Assembly (NCBI GenBank): GCA_963806855.1
Contig: CAWDYW010000001.1
Coordinates: 224,001-288,000, forward strand
Source of the DNA: an uncultured Verrucomicrobiae bacterium
GTDB taxonomy: Bacteria; Chlamydiota; Chlamydiia; Chlamydiales; Rhabdochlamydiaceae
Reading direction: 5' to 3'
DNA: 64,000 bases
Below the pieces are notes generated by a model. That model saw nothing but the letters and a program-made list of their open reading frames with translations. It was not told the DNA's origin and searched no databases. Shown here piece by piece: positions 27,644-37,444 of this stretch. Within the stretch, counting starts at the first letter, position 1. Every line of letters begins with the position of its first letter. The position numbers were made by a program, and so were the translations under genes.

Positions 27644-28095
27644 GCATTAGCCAAATAAGGGAGGCGAGCGTTTACCGCGTCTTTTTGAGCGTAAAGATGT
27701 TGGGCGTGGTTCCAGTGGAGCTTGCCCTGATCGATAAACTGGGTAGCATATTTCTTAAAGATGACGTAGCCGAACAGTGAGCCGACTGTTAATCCGGCGA
27801 GGGTGGTGGCGAGTGCGTAGAGGGGTGGGACGACGGCAAGTGGGAAGGTGAAAATGCCGACCACAAAGGCCGCGACTTTAAAGGCAACGATTGCTGCTGT
27901 GGCGACAAGCAGTGTCACAGCTCCAGCGATCAGATAGTGGGCGATCGATTTGAGGACTTCTATACGGGCATCGTAGCTAACTTGAGCGATCGCTTCTTTG
28001 GCGACTTGCTGATCTGTAACCTGATCTAAGTTAACAGAATAGAATTGGGTCTGTGGATCAACTGTATATAAATTATTTCTAATTTCACCTGACAT
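27640..28095 (-). CDS. Hypothetical Inc-like membrane protein
   Basis: Bilobed hydrophobic domain, LYT and HWxxAxHL motifs shared with 7330..7890. Confidence 0.65.
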   Translation of the reverse strand: MSGEIRNNLYTVDPQTQFYSVNLDQVTDQQVAKEAIAQVSYDARIEVLKSIAHYLIAGAVTLLVATAAIVAFKVAAFVVGIFTFPLAVVPPLYALATTLAGLTVGSLFGYVIFKKYATQFIDQGKLHWNHAQHLYAQKDAVNARLPYLANA

Positions 28096-28164
28096 TATTA
28101 TAACTCCTTTTATTAATGTATATTATAATAGGTTATTGCGTAATTAGCAATTACAAAGACTTTT

Positions 28165-29391
28165 TTACCAAAGAGAGCTTTGTTTGAGGATGTCAATAAT
28201 TTTTTGAGGATCTTCGATCTCGCGATTGACGGCGATCCGCATCCCCTCTTCGAGGAGGTCGCCCATTTTTTCCCCGGGGGGGATGCCGATGGCGATGAGA
28301 TGTTCGGCGCGTAGATAGGGATTTTTTGAACGGATCCGTTCGATAGGTTTGGCGAGGGCTTGTTGGCGCAGCTCTTGCTCCTTCGTAAAGGCGGCAGGAT
28401 TGCTCTGTTTGACGGCCAGCATGGAGAGGCCGATCTCACTATAGGGGTCGGCGTAGAACTCTGCCCATTCGATTTTCTCCAGCTTTTCGAGCCACTCTTT
28501 TGGCATGTTATAGAGGGCTTGGGCATGGTGGTAGAATTTGGCGAAGGCGGTCTCTTTGTTGGAGAGTTTGAGGTAGCCTGCGAGCTCAAATATTTGGACG
28601 AGGTCGTAGGTTGGGAAGAGCTCTAGAAGTTCGGCGAAGGTGGGGGAGCCTTTGGGAAATTTTTCGATGTACTGGACGCGTCGTTTGATTTCATGGAGAG
28701 AAATGTCCTTTAGAGCGGGGAAAATCACCGGGAGTAGGCCGAGGTCATGCAGCATGATGAGGCCGGTATCGAAGTGGGCGAATTGGGACATCTTTTTGAA
28801 CTCTTGCCAGACTCGCTCCATGGCGACGGCGGGGAGGAGGTCGTTTGCGTGGGCGCGGATGGCGTTTAAGGTGCTTTGGTCGATGGGGAAGTTAAAGCGG
28901 GTCGAGTAGCGGACGGCGCGCATCATTCGGAGACGATCTTCGAAGAACCGCTCGTGGGGGTTGCCGATCGCGCGGATTTCTTTTCTTTGGATGTCTTTTG
29001 CTCCGCCAATGAAGTCGTATAGCTTTTCGGCTATTGGATCGTAGAACATGCCGTTGATGGTGAAATCGCGCCGATTCGCATCTTCTTCGGGAGTCGCTGG
29101 ATCGACGCCGGTGGGACGTCTGCCGTCGACGTAGCCTCGATCTTTGCGGAAGGTGGCCACTTCAAATTGATCGCCATTGTGCAGGACGATCACGATGCCA
29201 AAGGCGACGCCAACGGGGATGGTTTTAGGGAAGAGGCGCTGGACTTCGGTGACCGATGCATCGGTGGCGATATCGATGTCATCGGAAGGGTGTTTCATCA
29301 GGAAATCGCGAACCCAGCCGCCGGCAATGTAGGCGATGTAGCCGGCCTCTTGCAGCTGTTTGACGACATATGTGGCGGATTTTAGTGTCAT
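28165..29391 (-). CDS. cca: CCA-adding enzyme / poly(A) polymerase family
   Basis: GGWVRD..DIDIAT, EVATFR, RRDFTIN, EDRLRMMRAVR, ERV. Confidence 0.85.
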   Translation of the reverse strand: MTLKSATYVVKQLQEAGYIAYIAGGWVRDFLMKHPSDDIDIATDASVTEVQRLFPKTIPVGVAFGIVIVLHNGDQFEVATFRKDRGYVDGRRPTGVDPATPEEDANRRDFTINGMFYDPIAEKLYDFIGGAKDIQRKEIRAIGNPHERFFEDRLRMMRAVRYSTRFNFPIDQSTLNAIRAHANDLLPAVAMERVWQEFKKMSQFAHFDTGLIMLHDLGLLPVIFPALKDISLHEIKRRVQYIEKFPKGSPTFAELLELFPTYDLVQIFELAGYLKLSNKETAFAKFYHHAQALYNMPKEWLEKLEKIEWAEFYADPYSEIGLSMLAVKQSNPAAFTKEQELRQQALAKPIERIRSKNPYLRAEHLIAIGIPPGEKMGDLLEEGMRIAVNREIEDPQKIIDILKQSSLW

Positions 29392-29445
29392 AAGTTCATA
29401 TTAGCTGTTTGGCGGAAAATCTGCCACTCGAGTAATCTGAATGTT

Positions 29446-31128
29446 ATGTCATGCACGATTCATCTTTTATCTGACGAGACGATTAACCAAATTGCCGCCG
29501 GCGAGGTCATTGAAAATCCTGCTTCGGTGATCAAGGAATTAATCGAAAATAGTCTCGATGCTGGGGCGACGAAGATTGCTGTCGACATCGCGGGCGGCGG
29601 GCTCAAGTTGATTCGGGTGAGCGATGATGGGAAGGGGATGAACCGCGAAGATGCTCACTTGAGCATTGTTCGGCATGCCACTTCGAAGATCATCCATGCA
29701 CACGATCTTTTTCACATTGCAACGATGGGATTTAGGGGGGAAGCGCTCGCTTCGGTGGCTTCGATTTCGAAAATGACGTTGGTGACGGCTCAGGAAGGAC
29801 GGGTCGGGACGGAGCTCGAGATTGAAAAGGGGCAGGTGATCAAGGAGTCTTCCCTAGCGCGAAATCGGGGGACGACGATCGAGGTGCGGTCGCTATTTTA
29901 CAATGTGCCAGCACGGAAAAAATTTCAGAAGTCGTCTGCCGCCATTTCTGCTGAGATTTTTCGGGTGATGACGGTGATGAGCTTGGGCCATCCCGATGTG
30001 CAGTTTGAACTCACTTCCAATGGGCGTAAGGTGCTGAAGACTCTGGCGCAGGGAGTGAAAGAGCGGGCGAAGGAGCTGCTTGGCGAGGAATTTGTCGCGG
30101 GGAGCCATTTGCTTAAATTTCAAGAGGGGCCTCTCTCTTTCTCTGGACTCATCGGCGCGCCGACTAATACGCGCGCGAATAAGATGGGGCAATACTTGTA
30201 TTTGAATAGGAGGGCGGTTGTCTGCTGCCAAATTAGCGAGGCGGTGCGGGAGGGCTATGGGACGAGGATCGATGAGCGGCGCCATCCCATCTTTTTACTC
30301 AATCTCGATGTCCCCTGCGATCTAGTCGATGTCAATGTCCATCCGCAAAAACTGAGTGTCAGGCTCAGAAAGGAAGAATTGTTTCGAAATAAAGTGAGTG
30401 AGGCGATCACGTTGGCGCTGTCTAAGACAGCTGCTCCTCGGCCGCTCCCTTCGTTTCAGCCGATCGAGATCCGCTATGAGGCGCCCCTTTTTCGGGAAGA
30501 GCCGCCGGAGATGGAGCAGGGGCTTTTGCTCGAGGAGAAATCCTTTGTTGAAGTGCTGGGAAAAGTGGGGCGATTTATCTGTTTGCGCGAAGGGGAAAAA
30601 TGGGTTTTTCTCGACTATGAAGCCGCTCGCTTTCGGGTGATCTTTGAGAACTTGGTCCAGAAGGAGGAGGCAAAGGTTGAAAAACAGCTTCTGCTGGTCC
30701 CGTTTACGATCGATTTGACATCGGTCGAAGCGACGATGGTGCTCACCCATCTCGACGCAATTGAAAAGCTCGGATTTGAATTGCGCTCGATTGGGAAAAG
30801 CTCCTTTATGGTCGAGGCGCTCCCTCCGTTTGTCGATGAGAAGGATGTGAAGCAGGTGATTGCCGAAATGGCTCTTCACTTGCAAGAATTCATCGGGAAA
30901 CATCATTATGCAGAGGAAAGGCAGAAAAAGTTAGCAGAGTGCGCAGCCCGTTTTGCCAGGCGAAAGGCGCATGTTTCAGATGAAGAGGCGAGGCAGCTCT
31001 ATGAGCGGCTGCAGGCATGTGCAAGCCCTCTTCATTGTCCAAAAGGCAATTCAACAATGGTGCAATTAGATCATGACGCAATTGAATATCTTTTTAGAAC
31101 GGATCAAAAAATTACAAAAAGCCATTAA
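29446..31128 (+). CDS. mutL: DNA mismatch repair endonuclease MutL
   Basis: IAAGEVIENP, ENSLDAG, GFRGEALAS, DVNVHP, CPKG. Confidence 0.95.
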   Translation: MSCTIHLLSDETINQIAAGEVIENPASVIKELIENSLDAGATKIAVDIAGGGLKLIRVSDDGKGMNREDAHLSIVRHATSKIIHAHDLFHIATMGFRGEALASVASISKMTLVTAQEGRVGTELEIEKGQVIKESSLARNRGTTIEVRSLFYNVPARKKFQKSSAAISAEIFRVMTVMSLGHPDVQFELTSNGRKVLKTLAQGVKERAKELLGEEFVAGSHLLKFQEGPLSFSGLIGAPTNTRANKMGQYLYLNRRAVVCCQISEAVREGYGTRIDERRHPIFLLNLDVPCDLVDVNVHPQKLSVRLRKEELFRNKVSEAITLALSKTAAPRPLPSFQPIEIRYEAPLFREEPPEMEQGLLLEEKSFVEVLGKVGRFICLREGEKWVFLDYEAARFRVIFENLVQKEEAKVEKQLLLVPFTIDLTSVEATMVLTHLDAIEKLGFELRSIGKSSFMVEALPPFVDEKDVKQVIAEMALHLQEFIGKHHYAEERQKKLAECAARFARRKAHVSDEEARQLYERLQACASPLHCPKGNSTMVQLDHDAIEYLFRTDQKITKSH

Positions 31129-32128
31129 AGCTGAAGGGCTAGATGGATGTCTTGTCGATCAATCGGTCGACTTGCTCTATTTAACCGGACTGCAGCTGTC
31201 TCTTGGCGCTCTCTTTGTGCTGCAGCGCAAATGCGCGCTCTTTGTCGACGGAAGATATTTCGAAGTGGCAAGCAAGATGAGTCCTGTCCCAGTTGAAAAA
31301 TTGAGCGACGAGAATAAACTCTCCTTTTTGAAAGGGGTAAAGACTCTTGCGTTTGATGGGGATCATGTCTCCTACAACCAGTTTCTGAAGTTGAAGAATT
31401 TGAAGGTGAAATTAAGTTCCAAGCCAGAATTGCTCCGCGACCTGCGACTCATCAAGGATGTCGGAGAAATCGGCAAAATGAAGAAAAGCGCCGAATTTGG
31501 TTACATGGCCTATCTGATGCTCAAGGGGCTGCTCAAGCCGGGCGTCACCGAAATTGAACTGGCAAGAGAATTGGAAATCTATTGTCTCAAGAATGGGGCA
31601 GAGAAGATGTCGTTTGAGCCCATTATCGCGTTTGGAAAAAATAGCTCGCTGCCCCACCACCGGTCTGGCAACACCAAATTGAAAGCAAATGACATCGCTC
31701 TGTTTGATTTGGGCGTAGTGGTCGACAAGTACTGTTCCGATATGACCCGTGTCGTATTTGTCGGGAAGCCCGATCCGCAGTTAAAGCGGCTTTACGATAT
31801 CAATTTTGAGGCTCAAAGAGCTGCTTTGGCTGTCTGCAAGCCTGGAGTCAAATTGAAAGAGCTCGACCTGGCTGCACGAAAAGTGATGGCCAAAGCGGGT
31901 GTCGAGGAATACTTTGTTCACAATCTTGGCCATGGTATCGGGCTGCAGGTGCACGAATTTCCCCGCATCAACAAAGATGGGATCAACAAGGATGTCGTGC
32001 TGGAGCCGGGGATGGCGATCACGATTGAACCGGGGCTCTATTTGCCTGGAAAAGGGGGTGTTCGCTATGAGGATACCATCATCATCACCCCGCGAGGGTA
32101 TACGAACCTTTATCCTGAAAAAGAATGA
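31073..32128 (+). CDS. pepP: Xaa-Pro aminopeptidase (M24)
   Basis: DLG, SDMTR, HNLGHGIGLQVHE, TIEPG, GVRYED. Confidence 0.88.
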   Translation: MTQLNIFLERIKKLQKAIKAEGLDGCLVDQSVDLLYLTGLQLSLGALFVLQRKCALFVDGRYFEVASKMSPVPVEKLSDENKLSFLKGVKTLAFDGDHVSYNQFLKLKNLKVKLSSKPELLRDLRLIKDVGEIGKMKKSAEFGYMAYLMLKGLLKPGVTEIELARELEIYCLKNGAEKMSFEPIIAFGKNSSLPHHRSGNTKLKANDIALFDLGVVVDKYCSDMTRVVFVGKPDPQLKRLYDINFEAQRAALAVCKPGVKLKELDLAARKVMAKAGVEEYFVHNLGHGIGLQVHEFPRINKDGINKDVVLEPGMAITIEPGLYLPGKGGVRYEDTIIITPRGYTNLYPEKE

Positions 32129-34488
32129 GATTAAGAACACGATTATTCCTCTGGGTAGGACTCATTTTCCTTGTTGCCTTTGGGATCTCCCAGTTCTTTG
32201 AGCTTTATTCGACAGATAAACATCTTAAGAAGGCGGAAGCGTCCTTGCAAGAGCAGATTCTCTCTGTCAACGAGCAGAAGCGGCAGAGGATAGAAGAGTT
32301 TTTACATGTCTCAATGAGTGAAGATCAGGCGCAAATCGACTCGCTGCTGCTCCAGATTGCCCGCGATCCCCATTTTGGAGCGACCCTCTTTTTAGATCCG
32401 ACAAACCTCAAATTGGTGGCCCCTTACCATGCCGCCTTCATTTTCAAGAATGACCAGTGGGCCGACTTGATCCAAACGACCAAGGATAAACAACTTACCT
32501 CACTGCTCATCCCCATTGCCTATCCCATGGACGTCGCCCATCAAGTGCCGATTGATGAGGAAATTTCGTGGGTCGTTTTTGATCAAGATCGGGAGTTGCA
32601 GCATCCCTATATCGGTGTTAATCTGCCCATCAATCCCAATCACAAGAAAAGCCTCTCGACTCTGATCGATGAGGAGGTTGAGGTAGATTGGACGCTGACG
32701 ATCCTCTTTAATCCTGATGCCCTTGTCCATTTTGTTCCAAGAGGAGAGCTCAATCCCGAACAAGGGATCGATGGGGCAATTTTGATGCAGAGGATCCAAC
32801 ATGCTATTGAATATCTCAAAACGGCAAACTTCAAGATCCCCGACAGGCAGCAACTTTTTGCAAGCCAGCCGCTTGAGCCGGGAATCAAATGTGTCGAATG
32901 GAGAGGAGAGATCATCGATGCGCGCGTCATTCAGCTGATGCAGCGGGCCGATCAAGCGATCCTCCTTTCGATTCTCACCAGTATGTTTCCTGGCGGGGAG
33001 TTTGGCACTGATCTATTTGCAGTGGGAGCGCCCAAGGGAATTGCCCGCTTTACACCCAATAACACCGCAGGTCATGCAATCTTGACGACTCAGGCCTTTT
33101 TTCAAAAGAAGGCCTTCAATGATATCGCCTATTTCGACAAGCACCCTGGATCAGAGGAGTGTAAGCGAATGGGGACATCGATTGCGGTGATCGCTCCAGA
33201 AAATATGGATCGGGTCTTCATCGGCAATGCCATTATGCTGCAAGACAAAAATGGAAGTGGCTATTTGACGATCGGGATCGACATGGAGCAGATCTGCCAA
33301 GATTTGGTCCTTTCGTCGCATATGGGCGCCTTTTTGGTCCATGGGGGAAAGGTGATCAATGTTTACTCTCCGGATGGGAAAAAGTCTCCTAAGGAGACCG
33401 CGCCGTTTGATCCGAAAATGTTGCAGTCGACAAGCGGCGTCGTCAATTACCAAGGAACCGGCTATTTTTACCAGAAGATGACCCCCTTTAAGGGCATTGA
33501 TCTGCACTTTATCGTCTTCGAATTAGAGAAAGAGGCCTTTGCTCTAGTGCACACGATTGAACAGGGAAGCCGAGAGCTGATCTCGCAAGTCTCGTTCGAC
33601 ATGCGGGTCATCGGGTTGATTGCCCTGGTTGCAGTGCTACTCCTTCTCCACAATATCGCCAGAAGGATCTCCCGCCCGATTACAGCCCTTGCAAAAGTGA
33701 CAAAACAGGTAGCTGCAGGAGAGTTAGAAGACATCGAGATCCCCCCTCCTCCCGATGGAAGAAACGACGAAGTGAGCGCGCTGTGCACCTCATTCGAGCA
33801 GATGGTCGTCGGACTACGCGAAAAAGAGAAGGTGAAAGGGGTGCTCAACAAAGTGGTCTCGGCCGAGATTGCACAGGAGATTTTGAAAGGGGGGATCCAT
33901 CTTGGCGGCGAAGAGCGGAAAGTGACGGTCTTCTTTGCCGACATTCGGAGCTTCACTAAGCTATCTGCCATGCGCGAGCCCACCCGCGTGATTGAAATGC
34001 TCAACACCTGCATGACCAAAGTTTCCCATGTCATCGATGATTTTGGCGGGGTGATTGACAAGTATGTGGGAGACGAGGTGATGGCCCTTTTTGGTGCTCC
34101 AATCGAAAAAGAAGATAGCGCCCTGAAATCGATTCAATGCGCCCTCAAGATCGTCGAAACGCTTAAAGAATGGAACCAGGAGCGGAAAGCAGAGGATAAG
34201 GTGCCTATCGAGATGGGAATCGGGATCCACACGGGAATGATGATCGTTGGCAACATGGGAGCAGAAAATCGGCTCAATTACACTGTCATCGGCAGCAATG
34301 TCAATTTCGCCGCTCGTCTTTGTTCAGCGGCTCGGGGGCTTGAAATCCTCATTTCGAAAGAAACCCTAGCTGAGCCCCATGTGAGCGAAAACATCGAAGT
34401 CGAAGCTCTTGAACCGATGGAGTTGAAAGGATTTGAAGGGACCTTTATCCTTTATAGGGTATTAGGAATGAGGGTTAAAAATGTTTAG
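32125..34488 (+). CDS. Membrane class III adenylate/guanylate cyclase with HAMP domain
   Basis: Two TMs, periplasmic region, HAMP, FADIRSFT, DKYVGDEVMA, YTVIGSNVNFAARL. Confidence 0.9.
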   Translation: MRLRTRLFLWVGLIFLVAFGISQFFELYSTDKHLKKAEASLQEQILSVNEQKRQRIEEFLHVSMSEDQAQIDSLLLQIARDPHFGATLFLDPTNLKLVAPYHAAFIFKNDQWADLIQTTKDKQLTSLLIPIAYPMDVAHQVPIDEEISWVVFDQDRELQHPYIGVNLPINPNHKKSLSTLIDEEVEVDWTLTILFNPDALVHFVPRGELNPEQGIDGAILMQRIQHAIEYLKTANFKIPDRQQLFASQPLEPGIKCVEWRGEIIDARVIQLMQRADQAILLSILTSMFPGGEFGTDLFAVGAPKGIARFTPNNTAGHAILTTQAFFQKKAFNDIAYFDKHPGSEECKRMGTSIAVIAPENMDRVFIGNAIMLQDKNGSGYLTIGIDMEQICQDLVLSSHMGAFLVHGGKVINVYSPDGKKSPKETAPFDPKMLQSTSGVVNYQGTGYFYQKMTPFKGIDLHFIVFELEKEAFALVHTIEQGSRELISQVSFDMRVIGLIALVAVLLLLHNIARRISRPITALAKVTKQVAAGELEDIEIPPPPDGRNDEVSALCTSFEQMVVGLREKEKVKGVLNKVVSAEIAQEILKGGIHLGGEERKVTVFFADIRSFTKLSAMREPTRVIEMLNTCMTKVSHVIDDFGGVIDKYVGDEVMALFGAPIEKEDSALKSIQCALKIVETLKEWNQERKAEDKVPIEMGIGIHTGMMIVGNMGAENRLNYTVIGSNVNFAARLCSAARGLEILISKETLAEPHVSENIEVEALEPMELKGFEGTFILYRVLGMRVKNV

Positions 34489-36274
34489 CGGACTGAGCTT
34501 TAGAAAGAAGATCATTCTCAGCCAAATCATCTCCTTTATCGTTTTTTTCGCTATTCTGCTGCCTCTAATCGAGAAATTTGCCGCCCTACTCGTTCGCGAT
34601 TCTCTCATTGAGAGCACCAGCGATCTCAAAGGCCGCCTCCAAAAAGCGGGGACTGAAGAAGAGCTGATCCAATCGCTCAAGCGGCAGGAGTATTATTCCT
34701 TCTTCCGGATGAGCCTGATCAACGACAAAGGGCTCGTCATCTATGACACCCACATGGGACGACTACTTGGACCCGAATTTCACCCCTACTACCATGTCGA
34801 GCACAACGAGGTTAAAGAGGCTCTCGAGAAGGGGGTGGGTTACGTCATTTCCAAGTCAGATACATTTGGGGGCAAGTTTGCCTATGTGGCCGAAACGTTC
34901 CAATTCCAGGGGAAAACCTACATACTGAGGACCGCCTTCCCGTACGAAGAGGTGCTCGACTTAACAGGTCACTTTAAAGTTGGGGTATTAATCTATTCCT
35001 TCATCCTCCTCCTCTTCTTCAACGTCTTGATCTGGATGATCATTAGCCGCTTCACTCAGCCGATCCGCTCGATCATCAGCGCTATCACCCCCTACCAACA
35101 AGGAGAGCAGGCCGAGCTGCCCGAAATCTCCCTTCCCAAGACCACCGGTCCAAAGGACGAATTCCAAAGACTCGCCAGCGCTTTCAACTCCCTCTCTGCC
35201 CGGATCCAAAAACAGATTGACGACCTCCGTTCAGAGCGCAATGAAAAAGAGGCGATCCTCGAGTCTCTCGGCGAAGGGGTCATCGCCGTCAACGAGAAGA
35301 TGGAGGTGCTCTACATCAACTTCATCGCCTGCAAGATGCTCGGACTCAGCCGGCGCAACGTCCTCGGCAAACCGCTAAAGGGTGATGGGGAAAAAATCCA
35401 CCATGACCTGCTCCAAAAATGCCAAACCCTCCTCACCCGCAGCCAGCAACAGAGCAGTACCTTGAGCGATTCTCTCGTCTTTGGCAAAGAGCGCAAGACC
35501 TACATCGACCTTGTCGCAGCACCCAAAGCACATGGCATGGGGGCGATCATCGTCATACAAGACAAAACGAGCCACTACCGGGTCCTTGAGATGGGTAAAG
35601 ACTTCGTAGCCAATGCCTCCCACGAGCTCCGCACCCCCATCACCATCATCAAAGGCTATGCCGAGACCCTCCACGATATGCCTGAGCTCAAGGCCAATCA
35701 AGTCGCCGAAATCACCGAAAAGATCGGCCGCAGCTGCATCAGAATGGAGAATCTAGTCAATAATCTCCTCCGACTTGCCAATATTGAAAATATGACTGAC
35801 AACCAATTCCTCGACTGCAACTTGATTCCCATCATCGAGAACAGCGTCCATATGCTGAAATCGGTCTACCCAGGTGCCCAAGTGGAATTTAAAAAGAGCA
35901 TCGATGAAGTGCAGCTCAAAGCCGATAGCGGGTTTTTGGAGCTCGCTTTCACAAATATTCTCGAGAATGCGGCCAAGTACTCCGACCCACCCGCCAAAAT
36001 TCAAATTACCGTCAATGTAGAAGAGGAAGAAGCTGTAATAGAGATTAGTGATCAGGGGCGAGGGATCCCGGCGGACGATCTTCCCTACATTTTCGAGCGG
36101 TTTTATCGAGTAGACAAAACCCATTCGCGCCGATTAGGTGGAGCAGGCCTTGGCCTCTCCATCGTCAAGACCATCATCTCAAAGCACGATGGAACGATCA
36201 CAGCCGTCTCAGAACTAGGCAAGGGCACGACATTTAGAATTGTGCTTCCGCTGCATCACCATAATCGCTTCTAA
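34481..36274 (+). CDS. Sensor histidine kinase (PhoR-like; HAMP-PAS-HisKA-HATPase)
   Basis: ANASHELRTP, NILENAAKY, DQGRGI, FERFYRVD, GAGLGLSI. Confidence 0.9.
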   Translation: MFSGLSFRKKIILSQIISFIVFFAILLPLIEKFAALLVRDSLIESTSDLKGRLQKAGTEEELIQSLKRQEYYSFFRMSLINDKGLVIYDTHMGRLLGPEFHPYYHVEHNEVKEALEKGVGYVISKSDTFGGKFAYVAETFQFQGKTYILRTAFPYEEVLDLTGHFKVGVLIYSFILLLFFNVLIWMIISRFTQPIRSIISAITPYQQGEQAELPEISLPKTTGPKDEFQRLASAFNSLSARIQKQIDDLRSERNEKEAILESLGEGVIAVNEKMEVLYINFIACKMLGLSRRNVLGKPLKGDGEKIHHDLLQKCQTLLTRSQQQSSTLSDSLVFGKERKTYIDLVAAPKAHGMGAIIVIQDKTSHYRVLEMGKDFVANASHELRTPITIIKGYAETLHDMPELKANQVAEITEKIGRSCIRMENLVNNLLRLANIENMTDNQFLDCNLIPIIENSVHMLKSVYPGAQVEFKKSIDEVQLKADSGFLELAFTNILENAAKYSDPPAKIQITVNVEEEEAVIEISDQGRGIPADDLPYIFERFYRVDKTHSRRLGGAGLGLSIVKTIISKHDGTITAVSELGKGTTFRIVLPLHHHNRF

Positions 36275-36285
36275 TATAGTTAGGC

Positions 36286-36380
36286 CTGTTTCAACGCAAA
36301 GACGCAAAGTTCGCAAAGACGCAAAAAAAAATAAAAATTTTCCTGCGTCTTTGCGCCTTTGCGTCTTTGCGTTGAAACAG
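36286..36380. repeat. Long palindromic element built of CGCAAAGA units
   Basis: 24-bp perfect arms ctgtttcaacgcaaagacgcaaag / ctttgcgtctttgcgttgaaacag, plus 12-bp inner arms. Confidence 0.9.
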
Positions 36381-36398
36381 ATTTAACTAGTGGTCTAA

Positions 36399-36563
36399 TT
36401 AAGGTTGACATCCATCCAGTTCTCTCCCTGTATTTTTATCCCTTTCAATGTCAATATCAACATTCGGAAGAGGGGCTTCCTGAAAAAACTCTAACAAAGT
36501 GTTTTCAAATTCACTTGTAGAAAAAGCTCTATCCACATGGCTGTTCTTCTTATTTTTGGACAT
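36399..36563 (-). CDS. 54-aa ORF resembling an antitoxin C-terminal segment (possible remnant)
   Basis: Own translation MSKNKKNSHVDRAFSTSEFENTLLEFFQEAPLPNVDIDIERDKNTGRELDGCQP*. Confidence 0.4.
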   Translation of the reverse strand: MSKNKKNSHVDRAFSTSEFENTLLEFFQEAPLPNVDIDIERDKNTGRELDGCQP

Positions 36564-36574
36564 ACGTACCTATT

Positions 36575-37444
36575 TTACAAATTGATTCTCATCTGCATCT
36601 TTGTTTTCTCATCCTGGACAATCTCCTGAGAGGTCTTGTCAACTGCGTTGCTGAACTGGAGCAATGGTTCGAAGTCGCTCAGGTTCTGCTGGATTTTTTT
36701 GAGAAATGCATCTAATTCTGTTTTGCTTAAGTGCTTCGTCTTGTGATCGATTTCCCACTTGCGCTGCTCCTCAATGAGGATTTGCTCACATATTTTCTCG
36801 CCGAAGACTGCAGAAAGAACTGGACGGTATGCTGTATAAAAGTTGATTGGCTTGGTCGGTTTCCCTTCCAGGCTCAAGAAATCTCCCAGAGCGGGATATC
36901 CTTTATCCTTCCCTAACTCATAATATTGGGTCCCTTTGATCAACTTGTAGAAAAGAGCGTTGCTTCCGCTGGAAATCTTCGGCAAAAGCTCTTCAAAACT
37001 ATTGACAGAAGGATGCAGCTTTAAGGTTGCAATCAGAGTGGCGAGCACCTCATGTTCCAAATTCGGGGTATAGATGCCGGTCCGCCCATAGATCTGTCTC
37101 AGTAGTGTTAGGACAACTTTTTCTAATTGTGGATTTCCTTGATCCGCAGCTAGTTTTTTTATGTTGATCTTCCGATTATTGTAGCTAGATCGTTTATCAC
37201 GTGGGGATTTAAACTTTATATTCTCATTTTTTTCCGCTTCTGTTTTCTCGTCAGAATCATCCCCTTTCCCCTTTTGGTCTTTATAGATCTCATTTTGGAT
37301 TTTACTAGCATAAGTTCGCTCAACGGCCAAGGCGCCAGTGTAGTGGAATTTCTCTTGGATCGCCGCGCGCACAGAATGGAGAAAGGTGTAGGAACCGATC
37401 GCAAAGAGGATGATAAAAGCTGAAACCAAAGGAAGGACGTTCAT
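36575..37444 (-). CDS. Putative T2SS minor pseudopilin (GspK-like)
   Basis: N-terminal TM from ATG 37444, KINI and PINFY motifs, cotranscribed with pilin-like genes. Confidence 0.5.
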   Translation of the reverse strand: MNVLPLVSAFIILFAIGSYTFLHSVRAAIQEKFHYTGALAVERTYASKIQNEIYKDQKGKGDDSDEKTEAEKNENIKFKSPRDKRSSYNNRKINIKKLAADQGNPQLEKVVLTLLRQIYGRTGIYTPNLEHEVLATLIATLKLHPSVNSFEELLPKISSGSNALFYKLIKGTQYYELGKDKGYPALGDFLSLEGKPTKPINFYTAYRPVLSAVFGEKICEQILIEEQRKWEIDHKTKHLSKTELDAFLKKIQQNLSDFEPLLQFSNAVDKTSQEIVQDEKTKMQMRINL

